A stretch of 64,000 bases of DNA, taken from the NCBI GenBank assembly GCA_963719495.1, contig CAVRCI010000013.1, forward strand, positions 640,001 to 704,000, read 5' to 3'. Position 1 is the first letter of the stretch. Each line of letters begins with the position of its first letter. The notes below the pieces were generated by a model that was not told where the DNA came from, ran no database searches, and saw only the letters and a list, made by a program, of their open reading frames with translations. The DNA comes from an uncultured Verrucomicrobiae bacterium (GTDB taxonomy: Bacteria > Verrucomicrobiota > Verrucomicrobiia > Chthoniobacterales > JAATET01). This document shows positions 11,061-21,580 of this stretch, one piece after another. Position numbers and translations under genes: made by a program.

Positions 11061-11360
11061 ATGAATGAGATGGGCAGTCTCCCTGCCGAGCGCCTGCAAA
11101 AGGCAACCGTCGATCCGCGGGTTCGGTTTGGTGTCAAAGGCCTCTCGGTCTTCGGCTCCCGGCGACGTGGTGGAGCGCAGGTGGCAAGCGATCTCGACCT
11201 GCTCGTCGAGTTTGATCGACCGATCGGTCTGCTTGCCTTCAATCAATTGGAATCCGAGTTGAGAGAACTCACGGGATGCCGGGTCGACCTGGTCATGCGC
11301 TCAGCCCTCAAACCCAGCCTCGGAGCCCGGATTCTCGCGGAGGCGATTCCGGTTCCGTGA
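11061..11360 (+). CDS. MNT antitoxin
   Basis: VFGS...SDLDLLVEF; paralog of 15567. Confidence 0.85.
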   Translation: MNEMGSLPAERLQKATVDPRVRFGVKGLSVFGSRRRGGAQVASDLDLLVEFDRPIGLLAFNQLESELRELTGCRVDLVMRSALKPSLGARILAEAIPVP

Positions 11361-11410
11361 CGGAGAGGGATCATCGAGACGACTTAGAAGATATTTTTGC
11401 GCACGCCTCG
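11357..11410 (+). pseudogene. Truncated DUF86/HEPN 5' stub
   Basis: VTERDHRDDLEDIFAHA matches the start of 15863; cut off by the convergent VapC. Confidence 0.65.
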
Positions 11411-11415
11411 AACCC

Positions 11416-11844
11416 TCAGTCGAGCGGATTGACCCAATTCAGCCCGGGGAATCGTCCAAAATCGGTGTCTGTCGAGTTCAGAGTGTATCCGGTCTCGATT
11501 GCCAGAGCAGCCAAGTGAGCATCGGTCGTGAGATTGCCCCCAAGCTCGATCGCGATGAGTAGCGAACTCAGAGTTCGGAAATGGTTGGTTGCCGGGTTGA
11601 GGACAAACACGTGAGGTTGGTCCAGCCACTCCTGAACACGTTCGGCTGCAGCGGTCGGAGAAAGTGGATTCGCGAAAATTCGGGGCTGGGTCGTGATTCG
11701 GACGAATCCCAGGATGACAACCCACGGCAGCGCGATTCCTTCGGTCCCATTCAGGCAGCCTTCCCACCATAACCGAGCCGGATCGTGGGATGGGGCGCTC
11801 ACGTTATGTGCGTAAACGAGAAGATTGATATCCGGCAGAATCAT
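11416..11844 (-). CDS. vapC: VapC PIN-domain toxin
   Basis: MILPDINLLVYA, TDAHLAALA, STDTDF. Confidence 0.9.
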   Translation of the reverse strand: MILPDINLLVYAHNVSAPSHDPARLWWEGCLNGTEGIALPWVVILGFVRITTQPRIFANPLSPTAAAERVQEWLDQPHVFVLNPATNHFRTLSSLLIAIELGGNLTTDAHLAALAIETGYTLNSTDTDFGRFPGLNWVNPLD

Positions 11845-12104
11845 TTCCCCAATGCCTTTACGGAATACTCAGCGGACTCGAGTTCATCGTTGAGTTGATT
11901 CAGACGATTCCAATCGAGTCCTGGACTGACACCAAAGTCATGCGGTCGGACAACCACCTTCCGCCTTGGCTCGCTTGAAAAGTCGGCGTTCAAACCCCGC
12001 CGAATCGCGGAGTTGACGATTTTCTTGAACGACGTCCCAGTGACTGCCGATTGTTTCTGCAGAATCACCGCCAAATCATCTTCCAACGTAAGGGTCGTTC
12101 GCAT
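11841..12104 (-). CDS. VapB-type antitoxin
   Basis: MRTTLTLEDD RHH-like start; 4-bp overlap with PIN gene. Confidence 0.85.
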   Translation of the reverse strand: MRTTLTLEDDLAVILQKQSAVTGTSFKKIVNSAIRRGLNADFSSEPRRKVVVRPHDFGVSPGLDWNRLNQLNDELESAEYSVKALGK

Positions 12105-12639
12105 GAAAGCATCATGGCATCATCCAAAGTGATGTCAATGCATCAAGTGATGTTTGAAGGGTTGAAGTGCTGAAAGATTGAGTGGTCAAGAGCGGAGGGT
12201 TTGCCTCCGGAGAAAATTCATTGTGACTGGTGACGGGTGACCAATAACCAATAACCAATAACTGTATCCCAGCCCTCCGCGCCTCAGCACCTCTGCGGGA
12301 TAAAAAGCATCAGCATTCAATACAGGAACTCGCGCAACCGAAGGCTCGGGAGAGCCGAAGATAGACGAAAAGCCCGAAGGGTGACCGAGCCGGGTTGCGA
12401 GGGAATCAAAGGCGCGGAGGCGCAAAGGTTGATACAAATGCGGATGAGAAAAAGCTGAAAGAAAAGAACAGGGGAAATCAAAGGAAGCTAAACTTTAAAA
12501 AGCGTCTCAGCGCGATCAAGCCCAGTCAGCTAAAATTTTCTCCCTACTAAGTAACTCCCACGGCCGCAACGGAACTCTTGGGACGATGGACGGCAAATCC
12601 CGGGCACGCTGAGTCACCTATTTCAATTTTCCACCAACC

Positions 12640-13158
12640 ATGCGTGACGAAACTGATCTCCGGAAGCTCGAGGCATTTCTCCGGGAGCTCGGGAATGCGG
12701 TGACGAGCCCGGGCCGGATCTATCTCACGGGTGGAGGAACCGCCGTGTTGCACGGTTGGCGAGGGATGACGATCGACGTTGCTTTGAAGGCCGACCCCGA
12801 GCCGAACGGACTCTTTGAGGCGATCGCGAGGCTGAAAGACAGTCTGAGTTTGAACGTCGAACTCGCTTCGCCGGAAGATTTCATTCCCCGGCTTCCGGGA
12901 TGGGAAGACCGAAGTCTTTTCATCGCGCGTCACAGGAAAATCGATTTGTTCCATTACGATCTGTATTCGCAAGCGCTGTCCAAGCTTGAGCGCTCCCACG
13001 CCCGGGACGAGCTGGACGTGAGGGCGATGGTTGATCGCGGCCTCGTTGACAAATCGCGTCTCTGGGAGTTGTTTGAAGTGATCGAGTCGGGTCTCCTGCG
13101 CTATCCTGCCGTTGACGGTGCCGGTTTCCGAACGCGCGTCGCTGATTTTTGCCGATGA
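12640..13158 (+). CDS. DUF6036-like nucleotidyltransferase
   Basis: IYLTGGGTAVLHGWR..TIDV, SQALSKLER. Confidence 0.7.
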   Translation: MRDETDLRKLEAFLRELGNAVTSPGRIYLTGGGTAVLHGWRGMTIDVALKADPEPNGLFEAIARLKDSLSLNVELASPEDFIPRLPGWEDRSLFIARHRKIDLFHYDLYSQALSKLERSHARDELDVRAMVDRGLVDKSRLWELFEVIESGLLRYPAVDGAGFRTRVADFCR

Positions 13159-13442
13159 TGATTCTGTCCGAAGATCTTGAGAGACTTCCTGGGTGGGATT
13201 TGATCCGCCCGGGCCTCGCCGACGCGAAGGCAGAGCGAGTCTCGCCGGAAGCCTGTCTGGTTTGGATCGCTGCTCCCCGGCTGCGCGCTGCCGGTTTATT
13301 GCCTGAGTCCAAGGTTCCGATCATCGATCCGGAGCGGACCCTTTATGGATTACTGCGCGCCCAAGGTGGGGATGCCTATCCGGCCTACCAAAGTCTGCTC
13401 CGTCGTCTATCGAAGTTCGTGCGCGCACTCGGGTCAGTGTGA
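13155..13442 (+). CDS. Small partner protein of the nucleotidyltransferase
   Basis: Coupled ORF (LPGWDLI..GL.D). Confidence 0.6.
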   Translation: MMILSEDLERLPGWDLIRPGLADAKAERVSPEACLVWIAAPRLRAAGLLPESKVPIIDPERTLYGLLRAQGGDAYPAYQSLLRRLSKFVRALGSV

Positions 13443-13938
13443 GTCTCGCGCGAGCCAAGCTCGCGAGACCGCCTGCAAGGCAACGTGCAAAGACGAGGAA
13501 AAAACCGCAGATCTAGGTTACTCTGGAAGGTTTTCCTCCCACCTAGCAGCAAACTACCCGACTATCTAACATCTTTTCCGCTCACCAGTCGCGGCCCGTA
13601 ACCCCAATTCGTCTCCTCCCATGAAAAAGACGGTCATCATTGCCTCCCGCTCGCCGCTCCCAAGTTCTCGTCTCTCGACTCACCAAAAGCATGAAATGTT
13701 CCCTCAGCGCCTCTGCGGGATAAAAAGCATCAGCATCAATACAGGAACTCGCGCAACCGAAGGCTCGGGAGAGCCGAAGATAGACGAAAAGCCCGAAGGG
13801 TGACCGAGCCGGGTTGCGAGGGAATCAAAGGCGCAGAGACGCAGAGAATGAAGATGCTGATGGGTTTCAAGCGGTACCAGCCCGAAGAGCTTCAGATCAG
13901 CTGTTTTCAACGCCGAGTGGCTGGTGGCTGGTGACGAG

Positions 13939-14028
13939 AGCATCGGCGCGGTGGGACCGCGCGAGACAGACTGCGTCGGCTCTGCGACGCAGCCCGCAGG
14001 GCGACATGAGCGGGAGCGAAGGAGTCAA
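13939..14028 (+). mobile_element. Structured mini-element (representative of about 14 copies)
   Basis: AGCA...GGGA-loop stem...GCTCTG-loop stem...GCCC-GNA-GGG...GAGTCAA; see findings. Confidence 0.7.
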
Positions 14029-14044
14029 TCGAGGGTCGAAGGCA

Positions 14045-14431
14045 ATGAATGAAATTCGATTTCGATTTGAGCGGCTGGACGCCTGGCAAATGGCCCGTCA
14101 GTTGAACCGTTCGATCTACCGACTGACCAAGACCTTTCCCAAAGACGAAATGTTTGCGCTCACATCTCAGCTGCGTCGGGCGTCCGTCTCGGTTAGTTCA
14201 AATATCGCGGAGGGATCAGGCCGCAACTCTGACAAAGACTTCGCGCACTTTCTCGAAATCGCTTACGGGTCGCTCATGGAAACGGTTTCCCAGTGTTTTC
14301 TCGCTCTCGATGAAGGATATTTAACGCAGAAAGACTTCGATTCGCTCGCGGGTGATGCAGACAAACTCGCGGGGAAGATCGTCGCGCTCTCCAAGTCACT
14401 CGGTCGTTCAGCCCGAATTCACCAGAAATAA
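14045..14431 (+). CDS. Four helix bundle protein (23S rRNA IVP-like)
   Basis: FERLDAWQ, FPKDEMFALTSQLRRASVSVSSNIAEGSGR. Confidence 0.92.
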   Translation: MNEIRFRFERLDAWQMARQLNRSIYRLTKTFPKDEMFALTSQLRRASVSVSSNIAEGSGRNSDKDFAHFLEIAYGSLMETVSQCFLALDEGYLTQKDFDSLAGDADKLAGKIVALSKSLGRSARIHQK

Positions 14432-14640
14432 GCCCTCGACTCTCGACGCTCGACTCCTCCGACCTCAGAAATAAGCCCTCGACTCTCGACGCTCGTCCCT
14501 CGACTCCTGCGACCTCAGAAATAAGCCCTCGACGCTCGACGCTCGTCCCTCGACTCCTCCGACCTCAGAAATAAGCCCTCGACTCTCGACGCTCGTCCCT
14601 CGACTCCTGCGACCTCAGAAATAAGCCCTCGATGCTCGTC
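14423..14640 (+). repeat. 50-bp tandem repeat (about 4.3 units) built from CTCGACN heptamers
   Basis: GACCTCAGAA recurs at 14461, 14511, 14561, 14611. Confidence 0.95.
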
Positions 14641-14691
14641 ATTTGCCCCCTGGCATTTCCATTCCCGGCCTCGCGTGCTAGATTCTCCCAG

Positions 14692-15009
14692 ATGAACCAT
14701 CTTCTCGAGAGCAAGCAGGTGGAGATCGTCGATGCGTGCGAGCAATTCGACGTTGAGAGACTTGCAGCATTCGGATCGGTCGTGAGGGACGATTTCCGAG
14801 CCGGTGCGAGTGATGTTGACTTTCTCGTTCGATTTCGAGCGCCCGGTGAACCGGGTTATTCAGACCGATATTTGGATTTTGCCGAGACGTTGGAGCGACA
14901 CTTGGGACATTCGGTCGATCTGTTGACCGAGAGATCCCTCCGGAACCCTTACCTCCGGCAAAGGATCACCGAGGAAGCCCAGGTCGTCTATGAATCGCAA
15001 AGTTCTTAA
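14692..15009 (+). CDS. MNT antitoxin
   Basis: FGSVVRDDF...SDVDFLV. Confidence 0.88.
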   Translation: MNHLLESKQVEIVDACEQFDVERLAAFGSVVRDDFRAGASDVDFLVRFRAPGEPGYSDRYLDFAETLERHLGHSVDLLTERSLRNPYLRQRITEEAQVVYESQSS

Positions 15010-15330
15010 GCGGCTGGAAGATGCCCGGGTGGCGTGCCTAAAAATCCAGAACTTCACCAATTGTCAGGATTTCGCAGCTTTCCAGAGCAGTGATTTAGTC
15101 CGGGCAGCCGTAGAGCGGCAACTAGAGATTATTGGGGAAGCGCTCGGCAAAGCCCTAGCTGACGCGCCCCAACTCGAGGAATCCATCCCAGAGATTCACC
15201 GGGCATCGGAATCCGTAATCGCCTGATTCACGGATACGACAGCGTAGATGATGAAATCGTCTGGGATGTGGTCAGGCTCAAACTAATCCCGTTTCTTGAC
15301 CGACTTGGACTCCTTCTGGATGGCAATTGA
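14990..15330 (+). pseudogene. DUF86/HepT toxin, frameshift near 15204
   Basis: AVERQLEIIGEA, then IGIRNRLIHGYD in another frame. Confidence 0.85.
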
Positions 15331-15566
15331 ACGAATGCCGACCGTTACCCGCTCGCCCGTAACTCATCGCCCTTCCCTCCGCGCCTCAGCGCCTCTGCGG
15401 GATAAAAGTATCAGTATCAATACAGGGACTCGCGCAGCTGCAACGGATGTGCAGCAACGGCCAGGCCAGCAACCCTAAAGCCGTAGAGGAAAGTTGGCTT
15501 CTAGTTTTCCCGGAGTTTCCCACCTTCCCCGTTGATCTTTCCAGAGAGAACCACGAAGTTTCGGTC

Positions 15567-15866
15567 ATGAGAGAAAACGGAGGGTTCCCTGTCGAGCGAC
15601 TGCGCTTGGCAGCCACCGGACTGCGGGATCAATATGGAATCAAGCAGCTTTCGGTATTTGGTTCCCGTCGACGTGGCGAAGGGCACGAGGAGAGCGATCT
15701 CGATCTGCTCGTGGAGTTCGACCGCCCGATCGGTCTGCTTGCCTTCAATCAGTTGGAATTCGAGCTGAGTGAACTCACGGGATGCCGGGTCGACCTGGTC
15801 ATGCGTTCGGCTCTCAAACCGAGCTTGGGAGCGAGGATTCTCGCGGACGCATTATCAATCTCGTGA
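15567..15866 (+). CDS. MNT antitoxin
   Basis: VFGSRRRGE...SDLDLLVEF. Confidence 0.88.
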   Translation: MRENGGFPVERLRLAATGLRDQYGIKQLSVFGSRRRGEGHEESDLDLLVEFDRPIGLLAFNQLEFELSELTGCRVDLVMRSALKPSLGARILADALSIS

Positions 15867-16210
15867 GGGGCAGGGTCCACCGAGACTCCTTGGAAGACAT
15901 TGTTGCGCACGCGAATCGAGCCGGAGACTTCATTGTCGGAATGGATTTCACCGCCTTCCGAGTTGACGAGAAAACCAACTTTGCGGTCGTTCGCTGCCTT
16001 GAAATCATCGGCGAAGCCTCGAAAAGAATCCCGGAGCAGATCCGGGCGCGCTATCCCGCTATCCCGTGGATAGCGATGGCCGGGATGCGCGATAAATCGA
16101 CTCACGATTATTTTGGTGTCGATTTGGAAGTCGTCTGGCACACGGTTGCCGTTGAGTTGCCTCCGTTGATCGTGGCAATGGAATCTGTCCTCGCCGACGA
16201 AATCTCCTGA
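15863..16210 (+). CDS. DUF86/HepT toxin
   Basis: LEIIGEA, GMRDKSTHDYFGVD. Confidence 0.88.
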   Translation: MRGRVHRDSLEDIVAHANRAGDFIVGMDFTAFRVDEKTNFAVVRCLEIIGEASKRIPEQIRARYPAIPWIAMAGMRDKSTHDYFGVDLEVVWHTVAVELPPLIVAMESVLADEIS

Positions 16211-16462
16211 CTCGTATTCAGTAACCCGTAACACACGGCTACTCCCTCAGCGGTTGCTGGCCTGGCCGTTGCTGCGCATCCGTTGCAGCTGCGGGATAAA
16301 AAGCATCGGTATCCATCCAGGAACTCGCGCGAGCCGAGCTTGCGAGACAGTCTGCAAGGCAACGCGCACAGGGTGCAGATGGTGATCGGTTTCCCTCGAG
16401 GCGAGCTGTTTCCACGGCTCGATACGCTCGACTTCCGAGGTGAATTGGCTTAGAAGTAACTT

Positions 16463-16783
16463 ATGCATCCGGCAATTCAGCAGATATTGCAGAAGCGATC
16501 GGGATCGGTTGCGAGCCTTTGTTCTAAGCTTTCGGTGGAAAGGCTGGGGCTCTTCGGATCGGCCTGCGGAGGGACATTCGACCCGAACGAAAGCGACTTG
16601 GATTTCCTGGTTGATTTTAAGAATGCCGATGGCCCGGGAATCGCGGACCGCTATCTCTCGCTGGTCGAAGGCCTGGAGAGCATTTTCGACCGAGAGGCGG
16701 ATGTGATCACGCGCCGATCAATCAGGAACCCCGTCTTTCGCCGGGTGACTGAGGAGACCGAGACGCTCCTGTATGAAGCGTGA
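16463..16783 (+). CDS. MNT antitoxin
   Basis: LFGSA...SDLDFLV. Confidence 0.88.
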   Translation: MHPAIQQILQKRSGSVASLCSKLSVERLGLFGSACGGTFDPNESDLDFLVDFKNADGPGIADRYLSLVEGLESIFDREADVITRRSIRNPVFRRVTEETETLLYEA

Positions 16784-17117
16784 AACTGAAAAGCTCTTGA
16801 TTGATATCCAGATCGCTCTGAGAGATTTGGAAGATTTCACGGCAGGAGTCGATTTAGCGGGATATCGAGCCGACGCCATGCGAAGAGCTGCCGTTGAGCG
16901 GAAATTCGAGATTGTCGGAGAGGCTTGCAATGGCTTGAAAGCCGAGGATTCTGGGACATTCGACAGGATTTCTTACGCGGTCCAGATCATTGGATTCCGC
17001 AACCGTTTGATCCACGGCTACGATTCGGTCGACGATGCGATCGTCTGGGACGTCATTCAAACCAGACTTCCTCTCCTCAAGGCGGAGGTCGGCGACTTGT
17101 TGGCGAGCGACGGGTGA
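16773..17117 (+). CDS. DUF86/HepT toxin
   Basis: AVERKFEIVGEA, FRNRLIHGYD. Confidence 0.9.
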   Translation: MKRETEKLLIDIQIALRDLEDFTAGVDLAGYRADAMRRAAVERKFEIVGEACNGLKAEDSGTFDRISYAVQIIGFRNRLIHGYDSVDDAIVWDVIQTRLPLLKAEVGDLLASDG

Positions 17118-17646
17118 GTAGCTAGTGGCTGGTGGCGCGTTGGATTTACCTCTCCAGCCGTAACCCACTACCCATAACTCACCGCCATTCCCTCAGCGCC
17201 TCCGCGGGATAAAAATATCGATACAGGGACTCGCGCAACCGAAGGCTCCGGAGAGCCGATGATAGACGAAAAGCCCGAAGGGTGACCGAGCCGGGTTGCG
17301 AGGGAATCAAAGACGCAGCGACGCAGAGAATGATACAAATGCGGATAAAGAAGCTGAATCTTAAAAAGAAACCCCTCCGCGTCTCTGCGGTTGCTGGCCT
17401 GGCCGTTGCTGCGCCTCCGCGCCTCTGCGGGAGAAATTCCGAATCATGCAACTGATAGGGTGAGGCTCGCGCCCAATCAGCACGGTCGCTTCCTCAATAA
17501 GAGCGAGTCGTTCGTCAACCAGAAGCGGCAACCGACGACCTCTGATTTACGATTTCCGAACCCCGACGAAGATCCCCAGGAAATCGATCCCGATCTCCGC
17601 TTACTTCGCGTTGCCAACAGGGAGCGTCCATCGTAGTTCTTTGAAT

Positions 17647-17946
17647 ATGCAGACCGTTGATTTTCAGGATCAATTCGCCGGTCCATGTCGGCGGCATCTG
17701 GTGAAACGATTGCAGCTCTTCGGATCAGTTTCGCGGGGACAGGGGACACCGGGGAGCGATTTGGACCTCCTGGTCCAGTTTCACGAAATGTCCGCCGCGG
17801 ATTACTCGAGTCATTATTTTGCTCTACTCCATGAGATCGAGGACAAATTGGACCGGCGCATTGACTTGCTGACACCCGCCGGGCTCAAGCGACGGTTGCT
17901 CAAGGATAATATCGAGAAAGAGGCGATTCTTTTGTATGAAGATTGA
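17647..17946 (+). CDS. MNT antitoxin
   Basis: LFGSVSRG...SDLDLLV. Confidence 0.85.
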   Translation: MQTVDFQDQFAGPCRRHLVKRLQLFGSVSRGQGTPGSDLDLLVQFHEMSAADYSSHYFALLHEIEDKLDRRIDLLTPAGLKRRLLKDNIEKEAILLYED

Positions 17947-18283
17947 AGTTCGCGAGGATCTCGAAGCGATCATCGAGCACGGGAGTCAAATCGAGGAGTT
18001 CGTCTCAGAACTGACCTTTGAGACGTAGGCGAATGATCCCAAGACTCGATTGGCGGTTGAACGAGCGTTTGAAATCATTGGGGAAGCCCTCAATCGAATT
18101 GCCAAATTGGAGCCTGAGGTTCTGGAACGCGTTACGGACCATCGGAAAATTATCTCATTTCGAAATATTCTCGCGCATTGCTATGACAGCATAGAAGACA
18201 AGATCGTCTGGGGAATCGTCGAGGACGCGCTGCCGCAGCTCATGGCCCAGGTCCGCTGCCTCCTTCCGAAAGGACCAGCCTGA
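17936..18283 (+). pseudogene. DUF86/HepT toxin with in-frame TAG at 18026
   Basis: MKIEVREDLE...T*ANDPKTRLAVERAFEIIGEA...FRNILAH. Confidence 0.85.
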
Positions 18284-18289
18284 CAGCCA

Positions 18290-18358
18290 CCGACATCCGA
18301 CATCTGACATCTGACATCTGACATCTGACATCTGACATCCAGCCACTGACCACCGACC
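18290..18358 (+). repeat. 7-mer array GACATCT
   Basis: About 7 near-perfect units plus a degenerate tail, ending at the next ATG. Confidence 0.92.
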
Positions 18359-18359
18359 A

Positions 18360-18752
18360 ATGAAAACCGCGATCGACCGATCATCTCGGATCCGGGAGAG
18401 AGTCCTCCGCGACCCGCGTTATCCGGTGAGTCGCATTGCGGATCGGTTGCTGCCCTATCTGCAGATTTTGGATGAGCGGTTTTCGCCCGTGCGAGTGGTT
18501 CTTTTTGGCTCCTATGCCTACGGCGAACCCGACGAACACAGCGACATCGATTTGCTCGTTGTTCTGGAAACGATCGTCGGGTCGATCGCTGTGAAAAAAA
18601 GCATTCTCCGCGCTTGGCGCGATTTGAGATGGAGCGGCCCGTCGCTTCCCATCGAACTCATCATCGTATCGAGGGATCGGCACGCGGAACGACTGCGCGA
18701 CAATGGAGCCTTCTATCGTACGATCAACGAGCGGGGACTCGCCATCCTGTGA
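18360..18752 (+). CDS. MNT nucleotidyltransferase
   Basis: VLFGSYAYG.P..SDIDLLV. Confidence 0.88.
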   Translation: MKTAIDRSSRIRERVLRDPRYPVSRIADRLLPYLQILDERFSPVRVVLFGSYAYGEPDEHSDIDLLVVLETIVGSIAVKKSILRAWRDLRWSGPSLPIELIIVSRDRHAERLRDNGAFYRTINERGLAIL

Positions 18753-19138
18753 AAACCGATGAATCCCGTTAGGAAGACTGGTCCTTTCTAGCCAGTGAGC
18801 GCCTGAAGGCCGCAGACGCACTCTGACAGTCCGTCGGGAAAAGCTTGAGCGGCGGCGAATTGCTCCAGGAATCGCTCGAGCGTTTTTTAAAGGGCTATCT
18901 GATCGCGCGGGGTTGGGAACTGCGCAAAATTCACAACCTTTCGACCCTACTCGATCACGCCGTCGAATTTGACCAGAGGTTTAAAGAATTCGCCGAACTT
19001 TGTGAGAGCTTAACGGCCCAGTTTTGGGCGCAGCACTATCCGGGAGATGACTTGGAAGAAGTTGGAGTCGACTACGACGAACTCCGTCAACTCGCCAGCG
19101 GGCTTATTGACCTGATCTCGGTATCGACAAAGTCTTGA
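18749..19138 (+). pseudogene. HEPN domain gene with stops at 18770 (TAG) and 18824 (TGA)
   Basis: LQESLERFLKGYL...KIHNL...YPG. Confidence 0.8.
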
Positions 19139-19493
19139 TCAACCGGCAAGCGTCTTTCGGATTCCAATCCACCGAACCACCCGCGACTCGTAAACGGAAA
19201 GTTGAAAGCAGAAAAAAATCGTGACGGCGCAGCCATGGACCAAAGAGATTTCGGCGGTCTGCACCACAGCCCGGCCCCGCCTTCGGTCCGCCGCGGCGCG
19301 CTACGAATCGAGATCGGATGCCTAACCTCATTCCCGGTGATTCGGCTCCACCTTCGACTGTTTCACTCCTTTGGCCCTCGACGCCGCAACGTGCCACGTC
19401 TGATGAACGCAGCCACGACCTCAAAACCAGCGAGCCGTTTCATTGATTGATTCCGTCCCAAATGTGGCGATATGAATCACCGACCCCTTTCCC

Positions 19494-19616
19494 GATGAAG
19501 GCTACCTAAACCAAGCTTAGTTTGACGCATTGACAATCAGCGCGGATAAGTTGGCAGGAAAGATCGCCGCGCTGTCGAAGTCTCTCGGCCGTTCAGCCCG
19601 AATTCACCAGAAATAA
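19494..19616 (+). pseudogene. 3' remnant of a four helix bundle gene
   Basis: DEGYL...ADKLAGKIAALSKSLGRSARIHQK*, paralog of 14045. Confidence 0.8.
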
Positions 19617-19901
19617 GCCCTCGACTCTCGACGCTCGTCACTCGTCATTGCCCTCGCCCCTCGCCCCTCGCCCCTCGACGCTCGACGCTCGTCACTCGAC
19701 TCGCCCGACCTCAGAAATAAGCCCTCGCCGTTGACTCCCGCTCGCCCGAGCGTGTCGCCCTACGGGCGGCGTAGCAGAGCCGACGCCGTCTACCCCGAGC
19801 CGCCCCCATCGGTCCGGTGTTCGTCCCTCGTCCCTCGACGCCCCCAACCTCAGAAATATGCCCTCGACGCTCGTCCCTCGCCCCTCGACTCCCCTATAAG
19901 C

Positions 19902-20438
19902 ATGAAAAAGTCACTTATCGTTCTTTTTTCCTTCGTCATCGCCTGGTTCGTCGTCTCCGAGGCGGCTACCGAGGCTTGGTATCGTTGGCACGAGATGCGG
20001 GCGGCGAAATCGCCCGAGTGGACTGTCACCTGGCCCGATGAACCCGAATCCGACTGGAAGGTGGAGGATTTCACGGAATTCCCGACCTCCGATCAGGTGC
20101 AGGAAGTTCTGCGCTACGACGAAATGCGCGGTGCCCGTTGGGTTGATCCCGCGTCCCGGGGCGCGTGGAGCGTCAACTTCATCGAATGGGAGCCGGATAA
20201 GAATCTCAACGGCATCAATGCCGTTCACAACCCCACGATCTGCCTGCCGGGCGCGGGAATGCAGTTGGTGAAGGCCCTGGGAGAACGGAATCAAAGCGCG
20301 ACTCAAACGGTGAGGTTCGGAGGCGAGTCCTTTCTCAACTTTCAACATTCCAAATTTCAACCTTTCGCCCCACACAAACCCCATTTCCCCGACACCGAGA
20401 ATTTGTTGCGAGAATTCCGTGTGCGCATTACGGTATGA
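19902..20438 (+). pseudogene. Exosortase-associated EpsI-like domain, copy 1 (homology ends near 20290)
   Basis: ATEAWYRWHE...HNPTICLPGAG; near-identical to 21581. Confidence 0.7.
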
Positions 20439-20689
20439 CCATGAGACTTGAGTTGGAACTCCCCGAATCGGCGGTTTCTGCCCTGCGGTGCCCGCCGACC
20501 GAGATGGGGGCGCGTCTCAGGCTTATGGCGGCAGCCAAACTCTACGAAATTGGTCATCTCAGTCAGGAGCGCGCCGCCGAGCTGGCAGGGCAGTCCAGGC
20601 AATCGTTTTTAGCCAATCTCACGCAGCTAAGAGTCAGCCCCTTCCAAGGTATCGAAGACGACCTTGTGCTAGTAAAAGATCTTCTGTGA
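20435..20689 (+). CDS. UPF0175 family antitoxin
   Basis: AAAKLYEIGHLSQERAAELAG.SR..FL. Confidence 0.85.
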   Translation: MTMRLELELPESAVSALRCPPTEMGARLRLMAAAKLYEIGHLSQERAAELAGQSRQSFLANLTQLRVSPFQGIEDDLVLVKDLL

Positions 20690-21174
20690 AGCTGGTTCTC
20701 GACGCCTCGCCCATTATCGTGCTGGCGAAATCGGGATTGATTGATCGATTGTTATCAATGGCAGAGGGGATCCTGATTCCGCGAGCCGTCGCCAACGAAA
20801 TTGCCGCTGCCGCCGATCCTCTCGATGCGGCGAGGCTCTGGATTGCGAGTTACGGAAGTCCCCACGGATCGCCGAAAAATGGCCCGATACCCGCCTTGAT
20901 TGCTGGCTGGGATTTGGGCGCTGGCGAGTCGGCCGTTCTACAGTCTGCCAATTCAAATCCAGGTTCCACGGCCGTGCTCGACGACTTGGCTGCGAGACGA
21001 TGCGCGGCGACCATCGGTCTGCCGGTTATCGGGACGATCGGCCTGATTCTGCTCTCAAAGAAGCGGGGAATCCTGGCCGACATCGAAGGAGCGCTGGCAG
21101 CCGTGGTTGACGCGGGGCTCTATATCGCTCCTCGCCATCTTGTCGATGTCATCGAGGCTGCCAAAGAATTCTAA
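20686..21174 (+). CDS. DUF3368 PIN-like protein
   Basis: LVLDASPII, WDLGAGES, LDDLAARRCA, GTIG. Confidence 0.85.
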   Translation: MKLVLDASPIIVLAKSGLIDRLLSMAEGILIPRAVANEIAAAADPLDAARLWIASYGSPHGSPKNGPIPALIAGWDLGAGESAVLQSANSNPGSTAVLDDLAARRCAATIGLPVIGTIGLILLSKKRGILADIEGALAAVVDAGLYIAPRHLVDVIEAAKEF

Positions 21175-21244
21175 TTTTCTCAAATACTCGCTACTTTTTC
21201 CCGTTTCCAGCCACGCGCGTAGCACTCATACCCGCAGAATAATT

Positions 21245-21418
21245 ATGGCGTTTGCCGAGCAGTTTGAGGATTTGAAGATCTGGCAAGAGGCCCGGGCTCC
21301 TTTGGCGGCGATTTATCGCTGTTTTGCCAGATGTAAGGATTATTCCTTTCGCAATCAGGTTCAACGCGCGGCGTTATCCGTCATGAACAACATCGCGCTC
21401 CGCCCCGTAGGTGTATGA
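21245..21418 (+). pseudogene. Truncated four helix bundle gene (5' half)
   Basis: FEDLKIWQEAR...KDYSFRNQVQRAALSVMNNIA, then homology lost. Confidence 0.8.
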
Positions 21419-21580
21419 CAAGAAGCAGAAATTTAGCTAGGGAGCTACGCGTCCCAGGCGTCTCGCCTTTTCGGCTACGTCGCAGAGCCGCCGTAGTCTG
21501 GCCTGCGGCATCCCTGCCGCCGGTGCTCTGATCTCCGACCGCTGACATCTGACCTCAGATCTCTTAACTCCCTCCCTCCC

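Noticed and set aside
14045..14431. DGR accessory Avd gene
   Set aside because: The fold family is related, but there is no reverse transcriptase and no TR/VR pair with adenine-specific differences
14423..14640. CRISPR-like regularly spaced repeats
   Set aside because: The intervening sequences are near-identical (no unique spacers) and there are no cas genes; it is a tandem repeat
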